From: Myxococcales bacterium
GTDB lineage: Bacteria > Myxococcota_A > Polyangia > Polyangiales > DASUME01
Reading direction: 5' to 3'
DNA: 64,000 bases
Assembly (NCBI GenBank): GCA_047601445.1
Contig: JASGJH010000001.1
Span: 4,416,001-4,480,000, forward strand
In this document: in pieces, positions 28,084 to 38,335 of the stretch
Position numbering within the stretch: position 1 is the stretch's first letter
Layout: every line of letters begins with the position of its first letter
The notes under the pieces: generated by a model
What the model was told of the DNA's origin: nothing
Seen by the model: only the letters and a program-made list of their open reading frames with translations
Database searches by the model: none
Made by a program: the position numbers and the translations under genes

Positions 28084-29613
28084 ATGAACTATGTAAAAAC
28101 GAGTGCCGCGTTGATTCTCAGCGCGCTGTATGGATTGGCAGGTTGCGGCGAGGATCCCAGTGAGGGACCGGACGAGTCCGTTGGGAGCGCAGCGGAGGCA
28201 CTCACTACCAGTGCCGACCAAGGCGGAGGTCAGTTTCTCACGCCAAGCGGGCTGTGCCTGCAGGCGTCGAGTTCGCCGGTCGCGGAGGGCCCCGTCCTGG
28301 TCGGGTCGTGCTCGACCAATGCAGCAACGTTCGCGCTGGGAGTCAGCAGCCGCAACGAAATCGAAGATGGTTCTCAGGGCACCGTCAAGGTTGGAGGCCT
28401 GTGCCTCGAGGCGGACCTGAACGCGCGCACGGTTCGGCTTAGCCGGTGCAACAACTCGGTCGCGCAAGAATGGACTTGGGCATTCGACGGTTTGAGTCCA
28501 GCGACGCAGCATGGCTTGTGCGTCACGGGTCGCGATACATCGGGCAGCCAAGTTGCGCTGGCCGGGTGCGGCGAGAGCTCGCTCAACCAGGCGCTCGTGC
28601 CAGCGTTCTTTCCCATGATGTATGTAAGTTCGATTCCGGCCTCGAGCACCGTCCACGGTCCCCATCCAGCCTACAACCCACCCCACATCCCCCAGGCGGC
28701 GGTCTCGAACCCGCAATGCATGGACGTGTTCCTGGACCTCGAGACGGTGGCGAACTGGCCCATGGACAACTTCCAGTGCAACGCGACGAACGCACAGTGG
28801 CTCTCGTTCAACCGCAACCACGAGCTCCGCACGCCGGAAGGGACTTGTGTTGGTGCGACGAGCGGCTCCGCCAATGCAACCGTGGTGGTGCAGACGTGCA
28901 ATGGTTCGGCGCTACAGAAGTGGGCATATCAGCGCACGGGGCTGATGGTGAACCTAGGCGTCGGGTTGTGGCTCCCAACATTCTGCATGGCAGTGAGTGG
29001 CGGTAGCAACGCCTCGACCGCTCCGCTCGTGCTGTCGAACTGCGCGTATTCGAACACGCCGCCGGGGCAAGTGTGGACCGCGAACCTCATCTGGCCCCAG
29101 GTGGAAAAGCTCACCTTCCAGTCCAAGTATTTCGATGTTTCAGAAGAGAACGGCCAGGCAACCTACACCGTCTACAGCAACGGCAACTTTGCCTATTCGG
29201 GTAACGTTCACGACGCCGGGTTCCTTTCGGACTTCTACGCGATGAGCGTGACCCCAACGAACCCGCCCGGGGGGGTGCATCGACCGCTGATCGTGGCAAG
29301 CGGTGAGGTCTTCGGCACGAGCGCGTTGATCGGGTCGCGCGACAGCGACTGGTCTGTGACTGGTTTCGACCCCGACGTCGCCTGGGCTTTCCCCGCGATG
29401 AAACGCGACGGCGTCACCTTCAACCTGCACATTGCGGGTGCCATCGGTACCGACATAGCCTGGATCACGCCAGAGGTCGTGGTCGCTGTCGTGACCGTTG
29501 CCGCCTGCGTCGCCAATGGCGTGACGGTTTCGGCCGTCAAACAAGACGACCCGACCTCGATAAACAACAGTTCATCGTCGAGCGCCGCGGTGAGCATCTC
29601 GTGCAACCTGTAG
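28084..29613 (+). CDS. lipoprotein with two ricin-B (QxW) lectin domains and an unknown C-terminal domain with a hydrophobic tail
   Basis: AGGAG RBS; lipobox LAGC; GLCL...C...QEW, QCMDV...CNATNAQW, CNGSALQKW, GQVW. Confidence 0.85.
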   Translation: MNYVKTSAALILSALYGLAGCGEDPSEGPDESVGSAAEALTTSADQGGGQFLTPSGLCLQASSSPVAEGPVLVGSCSTNAATFALGVSSRNEIEDGSQGTVKVGGLCLEADLNARTVRLSRCNNSVAQEWTWAFDGLSPATQHGLCVTGRDTSGSQVALAGCGESSLNQALVPAFFPMMYVSSIPASSTVHGPHPAYNPPHIPQAAVSNPQCMDVFLDLETVANWPMDNFQCNATNAQWLSFNRNHELRTPEGTCVGATSGSANATVVVQTCNGSALQKWAYQRTGLMVNLGVGLWLPTFCMAVSGGSNASTAPLVLSNCAYSNTPPGQVWTANLIWPQVEKLTFQSKYFDVSEENGQATYTVYSNGNFAYSGNVHDAGFLSDFYAMSVTPTNPPGGVHRPLIVASGEVFGTSALIGSRDSDWSVTGFDPDVAWAFPAMKRDGVTFNLHIAGAIGTDIAWITPEVVVAVVTVAACVANGVTVSAVKQDDPTSINNSSSSSAAVSISCNL

Positions 29614-29807
29614 AAGTCCGCGAGCGGTCACGGGAGGCCAGCCGGTACGGCTAGTCCTCGCCAAGCCTGTCTCGCGGAAGGTGCGTGCCCTGCCCCCAAA
29701 AGAGGAAGGTTCTGCTCTGAGAGCAGGGAGCCGCGCGCTGGCAGATGTGAGGGTGCCTAAATCGCCGGTTCCGACAAGCGATGTTGGCTTTGCTGTGCCC
29801 TCCGCGC

Positions 29808-30854
29808 TCAGAACACCACGGTCCAGCCGGGGCGGGATGCCGCTTCCTTGGTGTAAGAAACACCGTCGACTTTGAGTCCGTCGGCATTGACGAGGGTGAT
29901 CGTGCCGCCCTTGTTCGAGAGCACGACGGGCGCCTCGACTCGTAGGGTCTTGGCTTCGCCCCCTCCGAGCTTCCCGCGCAGCGGCATGACGCTCTCGGCC
30001 TTGTCGATCAACGCCCAGCCAGAGAGATCGATTTCGACCGGTGACGTGTTCAGAAGTGTGACGGTCTCTACCTCTGGCGTCTTGACGTCGTTGACGCGAG
30101 CTCCGACGATCCTAATCAGGCCATCGGGTCGGTCGACTGTGGGTGGGACATGCGGTCCGAGCGGTGGTTGAGGCGCGGTATCCGAGGGAGGCCCGGAGGT
30201 GTCGACTGAGAGGACGTTCCCGGTCTTATCGTTCGTGTGCCAGGACTGTGTCTGGAACTTCAGAAAGACCGCCACCCACTGCTTGGCCGACGGGAAGTAG
30301 AACAGCAGGCCGCCGTCCTGGAACACTCCATTGTCGCCTGCAAACTGCCCGGACGGGTTTCCCTGATTCATGTGGATGTCGTGGATCCCGTTGCCGGGAA
30401 GGAACCCGAAGACCTTGTCCTTCTTGTTCTCGGGGCCCCACTTCTCGCCGAACGCGTAGATCTCCGCCTCTTCGTCGGACATCGCACGCTGCACGAAATG
30501 GTCGAGCTTCTCGTTGAGATCGTTGTCCGGACCCGGGGCGGCCATCGGCAGTGGGATGAACGAGCGAGGGTCGGCAACGTTGCTGCGGATGTAGTCCAAA
30601 GCGAGCGGATTGGGCGAACCCGTGAGCTTGCGATAGCCGCGCTCGAGCTCCCGAAGGCCCTCGCTGATCGGATGCTCGAAGTGGGAAACGACGAGATACT
30701 CGACTTGGGAGCCGTCCTGCGACTGAACGTTGACCGCGATTCGATAGTCCGTGGTGTCGTCGACTACGTGGATTTGATAGTGCGGATTGCTTCCTGATGC
30801 GAGTGTTCGGTCGATGACCGAGCCCTTCAACACGCCGTAGTTTTTGAGTGGCAC
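29808..30854 (-). CDS. YukJ/DUF2278-family protein with a C-terminal lamin-tail domain
   Basis: MPLKNYGVLKG, YRIAVNV, LDYIR, GIHDIHMNQG, QDGGL, FQTQSW; ETVTLLN...IDLSGW...LSNKGGTITL. Confidence 0.85.
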   Translation of the reverse strand: MPLKNYGVLKGSVIDRTLASGSNPHYQIHVVDDTTDYRIAVNVQSQDGSQVEYLVVSHFEHPISEGLRELERGYRKLTGSPNPLALDYIRSNVADPRSFIPLPMAAPGPDNDLNEKLDHFVQRAMSDEEAEIYAFGEKWGPENKKDKVFGFLPGNGIHDIHMNQGNPSGQFAGDNGVFQDGGLLFYFPSAKQWVAVFLKFQTQSWHTNDKTGNVLSVDTSGPPSDTAPQPPLGPHVPPTVDRPDGLIRIVGARVNDVKTPEVETVTLLNTSPVEIDLSGWALIDKAESVMPLRGKLGGGEAKTLRVEAPVVLSNKGGTITLVNADGLKVDGVSYTKEAASRPGWTVVF

Positions 30855-31309
30855 GCCGCATCTCCTTTCGCTTCTTGTCTGGCTGGATACTGCAGGCTGG
30901 CGTCCTCAGTGCAGGGTCGGATCGGAGCCAGTCTTCGAGACAGGAACTACCCGCCCAAGACAGGGGCTCGGACGGCTCCGTCGGGCACTGACACCGCCAA
31001 GGAATCACTAGTCTCTCGATGCGCACCTGAGGCGCAAGACAAATTTAGACGACACTCACATGACGCGAATTGCCGCGCGCCGCATGCGCGGCGAATTGTT
31101 CAAAGATTGAAAGGCATGTGCTCGCGCGTAGTAATTTCATGAGCGCCGCCGTATTGAGCAAGGTTGCTTGACCAGGCTTCGGCAACCACGTCGATCGATC
31201 GCGAGGAGTGACGCGTGAGTGACGCATCGATGATTGACAGGGGATCGGTCGCACCATATCTCAAGGGCAGCTTTCCCGCTTTCTTGGCTAGCGCTCACGG
31301 AGTCCTCCC

Positions 31310-32191
31310 ATGACCACTGCGTTCGACGCCTGGCGCCGCGACGGCAAGACTTATCAGTATTGCGGGCACAACATCTTTTACCGCGATCAAGGCGAGGGTC
31401 CGGTCCTGCTCGCCATCCACGGCTTTCCCAGCGCTTCGTGGGACTTTCAGCCGATCTGGTCGGAGCTCACGGCGCGCTTTCGCGTGATTGCGGCCGACAT
31501 GCTGGGCTACGGCTGGTCCGACAAGCCGCGCCCCTATCGGTACTCCGTGGTCGACCTGGCCTCGTTACATCGAGGACTACTCGCCGGGCTCGGCATCGAG
31601 CGCATCCACATTTTGGCGCACGATGTCGGAGTGTCCGTGGCCGCGGAGTTGCTCGCGCGTCAGCAGCGCAAGGAAGACTCCCTCACGATCGACTCTGTGT
31701 GCTTCTTGAATGGCGGCGTGTTTCCCGAAACTCATCGCCCCCTTCTGGTCCAACGCGCCATGGCGAGCCGCCTGGGCCCGCTGCTTGCGCCCTTGATGCG
31801 CAAACGCGACTACGCACGCGGCATGAACCGTGTGTTCGCGAAGCCGCTTTCGTCCGCGCTCATCGACGAACTGTGGTCGTTGCTGATGCATCAAGATGGG
31901 CGCCGCGTGTTGCCCAACTTGCTCGGCTACATCGCAGAGCGTCGCGTAAACCGCGAGCGCTGGGTACAGCCCATCATCCACCCACAAGTGCCTATCCGCT
32001 TGATCGACGGCACGTGCGATCCCGTCTCGGGCAAGACGTTGGTGGCACGCTTCCGCGAGCTCGTCACGAACGCTGACGTCGTGGAGCTCCCCCACGTGGG
32101 GCACTACCCCCATGTCGAAGATCCCGCCGCGGTGCTCCAAGCTCTGTTCGCATTCCACGATGGGCGCGTTGTCGCTCACTTGACGAAGTGA
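31310..32191 (+). CDS. alpha/beta hydrolase (epoxide hydrolase/MEST-like)
   Basis: IHGFPSASWD, DMLGYGWSDKP, AHDVG, GHYPHVE. Confidence 0.9.
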   Translation: MTTAFDAWRRDGKTYQYCGHNIFYRDQGEGPVLLAIHGFPSASWDFQPIWSELTARFRVIAADMLGYGWSDKPRPYRYSVVDLASLHRGLLAGLGIERIHILAHDVGVSVAAELLARQQRKEDSLTIDSVCFLNGGVFPETHRPLLVQRAMASRLGPLLAPLMRKRDYARGMNRVFAKPLSSALIDELWSLLMHQDGRRVLPNLLGYIAERRVNRERWVQPIIHPQVPIRLIDGTCDPVSGKTLVARFRELVTNADVVELPHVGHYPHVEDPAAVLQALFAFHDGRVVAHLTK

Positions 32192-32796
32192 TCGAACGGG
32201 TCGCAGCCCATCTTCCGATCCGTGTTGTAGAACGAATCATCGACCTCTTTGGTGGTGAGCTTGATATCGAGCCGCTTGGGGTCGCCGTGGGCCATGCTGA
32301 AGTAGACGACGTCCTTGTCGAGATCGCACTTGCCGTCACCGTCTTGATCGAGCCAAAAGGCGATCTTGGGGTTGTAGCCGCCGGCCGTCCTCGCCGTCAC
32401 CGCGAGCGTGAAGGAGCCGCCCTTGACCTCGGTCTTGCCGAGCACGCTGCAGAAATCGTAGTCCAGGCCGAAGCTGACCCAGCCCCAGACCGTGGTTCCG
32501 TCGGCGGCGCTCAAGCCGCTTACCGTGAGCTTCACCGGATAGTCCTTCACCAGGATCTCATCCTCGCAGCTGCCCAGGGCCGTCTCCTCCGTCGCTGGAG
32601 TGGTGCTCGGATTGCCCGTCGAGGCGTCCTCGGCTTTGCCCGAATCCTCTTGCTGGGACGCATCCTCCAAGCCGCCATCCCGCACGAAGTTGCCAGCATC
32701 GCCTCCACAGCCGAGTGCTACGGCCAACATCAATCCAAGAAAAACCGAGCTCAATGCGTGAGCCAGGTTCGTTGGCCTTGCGAGCTTTGCGATCAC
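32176..32796 (-). CDS. hypothetical lipoprotein
   Basis: VALGC lipobox; WLDQDGDGKCD EF-hand-like loop. Confidence 0.7.
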   Translation of the reverse strand: MIAKLARPTNLAHALSSVFLGLMLAVALGCGGDAGNFVRDGGLEDASQQEDSGKAEDASTGNPSTTPATEETALGSCEDEILVKDYPVKLTVSGLSAADGTTVWGWVSFGLDYDFCSVLGKTEVKGGSFTLAVTARTAGGYNPKIAFWLDQDGDGKCDLDKDVVYFSMAHGDPKRLDIKLTTKEVDDSFYNTDRKMGCDPFDHFVK

Positions 32797-32979
32797 TGTT
32801 CATCTCCCCAAACGTTCGTCGGCGCGCCAGCGGCGGGAGCCATCAAGACCAGCGATCATTATCCGTGGCTCCACCCCGAGACCACAGAATCTGGAACAAT
32901 TAGCTACGCGCTAGCAGCTTGGCATCGATGGGTCGCTTTGGGGTGAGACGTCAAATAGTGAGAGCCAGCGTACGTCGCT

Positions 32980-33525
32980 GTGGGAATGACTGTCTTCTCG
33001 TCTTTGAATCGTCGTCGAACCCGCGCCACTGCCTGGATCTCGCTCATTACTCGACCGCGGCATTGGCTGCTGACCTGCCTGCTCTTCTCCAGCGCTGCCG
33101 CCTGTGGTCACCCTGAGGCCCCCCTCAAGACGTTCGAGGTGAAACCCGACCCGGATCCCGCTTCGCTCGGCTATCCGGCGAACGACGCCGGAACCTTCAC
33201 GTTGCTGGGCGCGAACGGGCTTGAAATACGCATCGACCCCGAGCAGAAGACACCGGTCAACACGATGCGCGCTTGCCGCGGTTGGCTCCGAGAGTGTCGA
33301 AAGGCGAACCCCGGTCGGTTCGACCAGTGCGTCGCGGAAGCACCCGATTGCAAGAACGAGCGGCCTTGGGAACACGACGAGCAGTGCTGTCCACACGCCT
33401 GCGGCGTTCAGTACGAGGCACTGAGAAAGAAGGGGCAGCCTTACGACGAAGCCTGGCTCGCAGTCATCGAGCAGGGGGACTGTTTTCCCGGTTTTGTCGC
33501 CTACAGCGAAGGGAAGCAGCCATGA
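32980..33525 (+). CDS. Cys-containing lipoprotein translationally coupled to the downstream giant gene
   Basis: SSAAAC lipobox; stop overlaps the next start (ATGA at 33522-33525). Confidence 0.7.
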   Translation: MGMTVFSSLNRRRTRATAWISLITRPRHWLLTCLLFSSAAACGHPEAPLKTFEVKPDPDPASLGYPANDAGTFTLLGANGLEIRIDPEQKTPVNTMRACRGWLRECRKANPGRFDQCVAEAPDCKNERPWEHDEQCCPHACGVQYEALRKKGQPYDEAWLAVIEQGDCFPGFVAYSEGKQP

Positions 33526-36500
33526 AGCGGTCGCTTGGAACGCTGACGCTATGCGTGGCACTCGCTCCCCTGTCGGCCCGCGCCTGGGACTCCTACTGCG
33601 ACGACGCCACGGGCGCCTGTCCTTCGGGAATCGCCATGGCGTCCCAGCGCTGGAGAAGCGGAGAGCCCGCTGACACCGGGGAGTCCGACGAGCATCGGCG
33701 CCTGTTCGAGTGGGTGTTCGCGGACTCCGGGATTCCTCCGACCATGAACGACCTGGCCATCAACATCTACACGTCTCAAGACGATTGGTTCCTGCCGTCG
33801 CCGTTCAGTCGGGTCGAGACTTCCTTCGTGCACCAGCGCTCGGTGAGTGAGTTCTCCCAGTTGCCCGACTACGGCTACGCCCTGTCGGACTGGGCCTCGC
33901 AGTTCTCGACGTGCCCACCCGAGCCGGGGCGCGACCCGGCTCAGTGCCATGCCTTCGACAATCACATGGGCACCCTCAACTCGAATCACTTTCTGCCGCA
34001 AGCAGAGAACTTCTACCGTCACTATCATCAGCTAGCGCTGCAGAAGGCCGAGAGTTGCGCGCAGGTCAGCGACCAGCTCGGGACGCGGGCCAGCGAGTTC
34101 GGTGATTTTCTGCGCGAGTGTGATCGCGAGGCGCTGATCATCGAAGCGGTGGGGCAGCACTACTTGCAAGACGCCTGGAGCTCGGGCCACATGTGGGAAC
34201 GCTGGGGCACGCCCGAGTTCTCGGAGCTGCCCGCGTTTCCCTCGGACAATGCCGATTCTCGACTGTTCAATGGTCTCACCGTCGCGTTGATAGCGGGTGC
34301 GATTCACGGATCTCAGGCCAAGTTGCACCTGCCGGACCCGCTGTGCTCCGAGGACGACCGCGTGGAGTTCGTGCAGAATGGGCAGCACTACCCTGCGGTT
34401 GGCGACCTCTACCGAAACGAGCTCCTGAGCGACGACAGCTTTGCCTACCAGCGTTCTCAGCTCTACACGTGTTCGCTCTCGGGCATGACCTCGGTGTATG
34501 CGGCGAGCAGTCACATCGACGCGCCCAACTACGCTGAAAGCGGGGGTTCACCGGGCGCGGAGTGCTTTGATCAGCGGGCTACCAACCGAGCGATGAGTGC
34601 GGGCTTCGGTGCGATCTCCAAGGTCACGGGCCTGATGACGCTCTATCTCCAGAGCCAACATGAGACGGTACCCGTCGATGACGTGGTGGCCGTGAAGCAG
34701 CGCCTGAACAGCGACCTGGAGAAGATCGCGGCGCGTCTGGAGATGGCGGAGGAGAAGGATGCCTATGGGACGCAGATGGCCACGGGGGGCTTGCGAACGC
34801 TGTTGAACGTCAAGCCCAACAGCGGCTATCCGGCGGCCAGTAGTTCTCCGCCAGCGAGCTACGTCGACCCCGAGTTGGCTTGGCCGGTCAATACGACGGG
34901 TCCGTCCACGGTGGTGGAGGAGTTGCCCTTTCTCTTCAACCTCGGTCACGCGGCCGAGTGGTGTGCGGAGCTGAGCAAGCAAGATCTCGAGGGCATGCGC
35001 GAGCGCTCGCGCAGCGCGGGAGCGGGAACCCCTGCGCACCGCTTGTGCGTGGATTTCGCGCGCCGCCACGTGCGCAGGCTCGCACCCGACGAGAAACCAG
35101 AGGCCGAAAAGTGTCCCGGGGAGGAAACCGAGCCGCAGGATCCGAAGGACAAGGAGGAAGACGAGAAAAAGAAGGAGAACGCGTTCTGTCGCGCACTGAA
35201 TGAGGGCAGCGCCCTGCTCGAGGTCAAGCACGACGACGAATTCGCGACGAATGATGTGCTGGCTGACACCTGGTGCTTGTCGGAGGATGAGGAGAAAAAG
35301 GAAGACGGTCAGTCACCAGGCCGCGACTGCGACCACGGCAAGGGCCCCGGTGGAGGAGGGGGCACTGGCGGCGGAACCGGTGGCGATGGAGGAGGAACTG
35401 GTGGCAACGGAGGCAGCGGAGGAGGAACTGGCGGCAACGGTGGAGGAACTGGTGGCAACGGCGGAGGAACCGGTGGCAACGGTGGAGGAACTGATGGCGA
35501 CGGCGGAGGCACGGGTGGCAACGGTGGAGGGACTGGTGGCAATGGCGGCGGAACCGGTGGGCCTGGAGGAGGAGGAGGAGGCACGGGTGGGCCTGGAGGA
35601 GGCACGGGTGGACCGGGAGGAGACCCCGGAATGCCCTACTGTCTCGATGACTGCGGCCTGGACCTTGCCGATCCTCACCTGCTCACCTACGACGGCCTGG
35701 CCTACGACTTCATGGACACTGGAGAGTTCGTGGCTTCGCTCTCGGATGACGACTCGCTCGAGATCCAGGTTCGGTATGCGGTGCCGGGACGGCATGGCTC
35801 GCGAACCGTGATGGGGACAGCACTGGGCTTCCGCGTGGAGGGCCATCGTGTGTCGCTCTACGCTCCGTATCCGAACCTCGTGTACATCGACGGACAGCGC
35901 TTCGAGTTCGACGAGTCTCACGTGGAGAAGTTGAGTGGCACCGCGGGCGCGAGCGTGGAACTCGACGTCAAGGAGAGCACCTGGACCGTGCGCTGGTCGG
36001 ATGGCTCGTTCGTCTCGACCGATCGCAATCCGGTGGGCCATCACGCCATGATGAAGCTCTCCGAGGTGCACAGGGGTGCCGTGCGCGGTCTGCTCGGAAA
36101 CTTCGACGGCGATCCGATGAACGACGTATTGGCAGAGGATGGGCAGCCCGTGGACACCTCGTCCACCGATCAGCCCGGCGTCTACGCTGTGCCGCTCGAG
36201 GTGCTCAACGCTGGCACGCGCGCCAACTATCGGGTACCGGAAGGACGCTCGCTGTTCGACCTGCCGGACGTCTTCTTCCCCGCTCCCATGCCGACCACTG
36301 CGCCGCCCACCCCCGAGCAGGAGAAGGCCGCCGCTGCGACGTGTGCCGAGGCGGGCCTTGTCGCCGGCTACTGGTACGACGCCTGTGTCTACGACCTGGC
36401 TCGGATGGGAGACATGACCGACCGCAAGGAGTGGGCTCGCTCGTTCCTTGGAGCTCCCACGCCGGAGGCTTCGCTGGTCATCCTCAATGATCGCGACGGC

Positions 36501-38024
36501 GACGGACTCGATGCCGCCGCCGAACTCTTGCTCCTCACCGATCCCGAGCGCGCCGACACCGATGGCGATGGCATCTCCGATGGTCTCGAAGTCGCAGCCG
36601 AGACGGACCCAAACGATGAACATGATGAACCCGCTCGCAACGGCGACTCCATCGTGGACATCGTTCCGGGGCAGACGTTCACCACGCACCTGCCCATCCC
36701 CACGTCGATCGAGAAATCCGACGTGTACATTCTGATGGACGTCACCGGATCCATGGGCGGCAGTCTCAGCTCCATCCGGAGCGCCTTCAGTGGTCCGAGT
36801 GGCATCCTCGAGCGCGTGAGATCCGAGATGCCCAATGCGATGTTCGGCATCGGGCAGTTCTCCGACTACAACGAGTCCGTGCCAGCCTACAAGCACTTGC
36901 AAGACATCACGCCGGATGCGAGTGCGGTGCAGACCGCGCTGGATGGCTTGCATGCTGGAGGGGGTGGCGACAATCCAGAAGCGTTGATCCCAGCGCTTTG
37001 GTCCATGGCATCAGGCAAGGGCCTAGGAGCGGGTTCCTCGTGGGAGCTGGCACGGGGCGAGAAGGGCAGTCCCTTCGCGCCGTGTCCCGCCACGAAATGG
37101 GGCTTCCCCTGCTTCCGGGAAGCTGCGTTGCCGATCGTCGTCGCGGTGACCGACGTCCAGCAGCACAACGGCCCTGGTGGGAAGGACGCCTACTCCTTCG
37201 CTGCGCCCTCCTACGACCAAGCCGTCGACGAGCTCATCGCACGCGGCACCAAGGTGGTTGGGGTCGTGACGACCAGTGCAGCGCTGCAAACGCTCGAACC
37301 CCTCGCCAGTGACACGGGCGCCGTCGACGCGGCGGGACATCCGCTGGTCACGCGTGTATCGTCGAGCGTCAACGTGGGAGCGCAGGTCGCAAGTCAGGTC
37401 ATCTCCGTCGCCCGTGCGCCCCACGACCTGACCTTGCTCGTGGACGACGAAGCGAGCGATCCGAACCAGCCGGCAGCGTGGCTCAAGGAACTCAGCCCCC
37501 TGCCGGAAGGGGATGCGGAGTTGCGTTGCCAGGCTCACAGCAGCCTGCTCGATGCCAATAGCGATGGCCAGGTCGATACGTTCTCGCAAGTCGTGGCGGG
37601 CGATCCGGTCTGCTATTCGGCGATGTTCGTGATCGGGGACCTACCGAGAAGTCGTCGACCGACCGCGTTCTTGCTCAACCTCCGCGTCTACGCCGATGGC
37701 TCGGAGGTCGCGACCCGTCGCCTGTGGCTGATGGTCCCTGCCGCGCCCAACGCCCCGGAGCGCGCCGCCACGGACAGCCTGAGTACCGCCAATCGCTGGC
37801 TCGACACCGACGGCGACACCATCTCCGACGCAGACGAAGGCGGCATGTTGTCGGAGGACAGCTACGGGGTCGACACGGACGGAGACGGAAACCCCGACTT
37901 CCTGGACCCGGACTCCGACAACGATGGCCTCACCGATGCCCAGGAAGCCGGCGACGCCCTGCTCGAGACCGCGCCTTTTGACACGGATAAGGACGGCACT
38001 GCTGACTTTCGGGCGGCCAGTTGA
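33522..38024 (+). CDS. giant secreted protein: Zn-phospholipase C/P1-like domain, Gly linker, VWD, TSP3 repeats, vWA (CglB-like), TSP3 repeats
   Basis: Signal peptide ...SARA|W; EH, NHFL, QHYLQDAWSSGH; DPHLLTYDG...GLLGNFDG (VWD); LMDVTGSMG...GGDNPE...VTD (vWA); DTDGDG repeats. Confidence 0.85.
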   Translation: MKRSLGTLTLCVALAPLSARAWDSYCDDATGACPSGIAMASQRWRSGEPADTGESDEHRRLFEWVFADSGIPPTMNDLAINIYTSQDDWFLPSPFSRVETSFVHQRSVSEFSQLPDYGYALSDWASQFSTCPPEPGRDPAQCHAFDNHMGTLNSNHFLPQAENFYRHYHQLALQKAESCAQVSDQLGTRASEFGDFLRECDREALIIEAVGQHYLQDAWSSGHMWERWGTPEFSELPAFPSDNADSRLFNGLTVALIAGAIHGSQAKLHLPDPLCSEDDRVEFVQNGQHYPAVGDLYRNELLSDDSFAYQRSQLYTCSLSGMTSVYAASSHIDAPNYAESGGSPGAECFDQRATNRAMSAGFGAISKVTGLMTLYLQSQHETVPVDDVVAVKQRLNSDLEKIAARLEMAEEKDAYGTQMATGGLRTLLNVKPNSGYPAASSSPPASYVDPELAWPVNTTGPSTVVEELPFLFNLGHAAEWCAELSKQDLEGMRERSRSAGAGTPAHRLCVDFARRHVRRLAPDEKPEAEKCPGEETEPQDPKDKEEDEKKKENAFCRALNEGSALLEVKHDDEFATNDVLADTWCLSEDEEKKEDGQSPGRDCDHGKGPGGGGGTGGGTGGDGGGTGGNGGSGGGTGGNGGGTGGNGGGTGGNGGGTDGDGGGTGGNGGGTGGNGGGTGGPGGGGGGTGGPGGGTGGPGGDPGMPYCLDDCGLDLADPHLLTYDGLAYDFMDTGEFVASLSDDDSLEIQVRYAVPGRHGSRTVMGTALGFRVEGHRVSLYAPYPNLVYIDGQRFEFDESHVEKLSGTAGASVELDVKESTWTVRWSDGSFVSTDRNPVGHHAMMKLSEVHRGAVRGLLGNFDGDPMNDVLAEDGQPVDTSSTDQPGVYAVPLEVLNAGTRANYRVPEGRSLFDLPDVFFPAPMPTTAPPTPEQEKAAAATCAEAGLVAGYWYDACVYDLARMGDMTDRKEWARSFLGAPTPEASLVILNDRDGDGLDAAAELLLLTDPERADTDGDGISDGLEVAAETDPNDEHDEPARNGDSIVDIVPGQTFTTHLPIPTSIEKSDVYILMDVTGSMGGSLSSIRSAFSGPSGILERVRSEMPNAMFGIGQFSDYNESVPAYKHLQDITPDASAVQTALDGLHAGGGGDNPEALIPALWSMASGKGLGAGSSWELARGEKGSPFAPCPATKWGFPCFREAALPIVVAVTDVQQHNGPGGKDAYSFAAPSYDQAVDELIARGTKVVGVVTTSAALQTLEPLASDTGAVDAAGHPLVTRVSSSVNVGAQVASQVISVARAPHDLTLLVDDEASDPNQPAAWLKELSPLPEGDAELRCQAHSSLLDANSDGQVDTFSQVVAGDPVCYSAMFVIGDLPRSRRPTAFLLNLRVYADGSEVATRRLWLMVPAAPNAPERAATDSLSTANRWLDTDGDTISDADEGGMLSEDSYGVDTDGDGNPDFLDPDSDNDGLTDAQEAGDALLETAPFDTDKDGTADFRAAS
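35349..35625 (+). repeat. degenerate 21-nt tandem repeat encoding a (GGNGGGT)n linker
   Basis: Repeated ggtggcaacggYggaggaacY units. Confidence 0.85.
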
Positions 38025-38032
38025 GGGGTTGA

Positions 38033-38290
38033 GTGCACCTCGACGGTGATGCCTCCTCGCTCCAACGAGGAACGCTGCGCGCCAACATCCTGGTGTTGAT
38101 GATGGACGTGAAGGGCGACCTGCCGAACCTCGCCCCGCGCTGGTTTCTGGTGCGAAACGCGCGCGCAAAGGAGGGCATGCGGCTGTTGCAGCCGCGCTGG
38201 GCGATTTCGTACCTGCGCGACCCCACGACCGGCGCCGAAATCCGTCGAGCGCGCGGCAAACACGCCGGCCAGGCGGAAGCTGCCGAGTAG
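38033..38290 (+). pseudogene. internally deleted HerA/DUF87-like ATPase remnant
   Basis: N-terminal motif LVLMMDVKGDLPNL joined directly to C-terminal motif PRWFLVRN...QPRWAISYLRDPTT.AEIRR. Confidence 0.55.
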
Positions 38291-38335
38291 CCCGCGCGTA
38301 CCAGAAGCTGAACCGCCGCAAAAGGGAGCGCACGA

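Noticed and set aside
31067..31100. GC-rich hairpin between the divergent YukJ-like and hydrolase genes
   Set aside because: It has no U-tract, no second copy and no recognisable RNA family.
35349..35625. Regular short repeats as a possible CRISPR array
   Set aside because: They are in-frame Gly-rich coding repeats with no unique spacers, and no cas genes are present.
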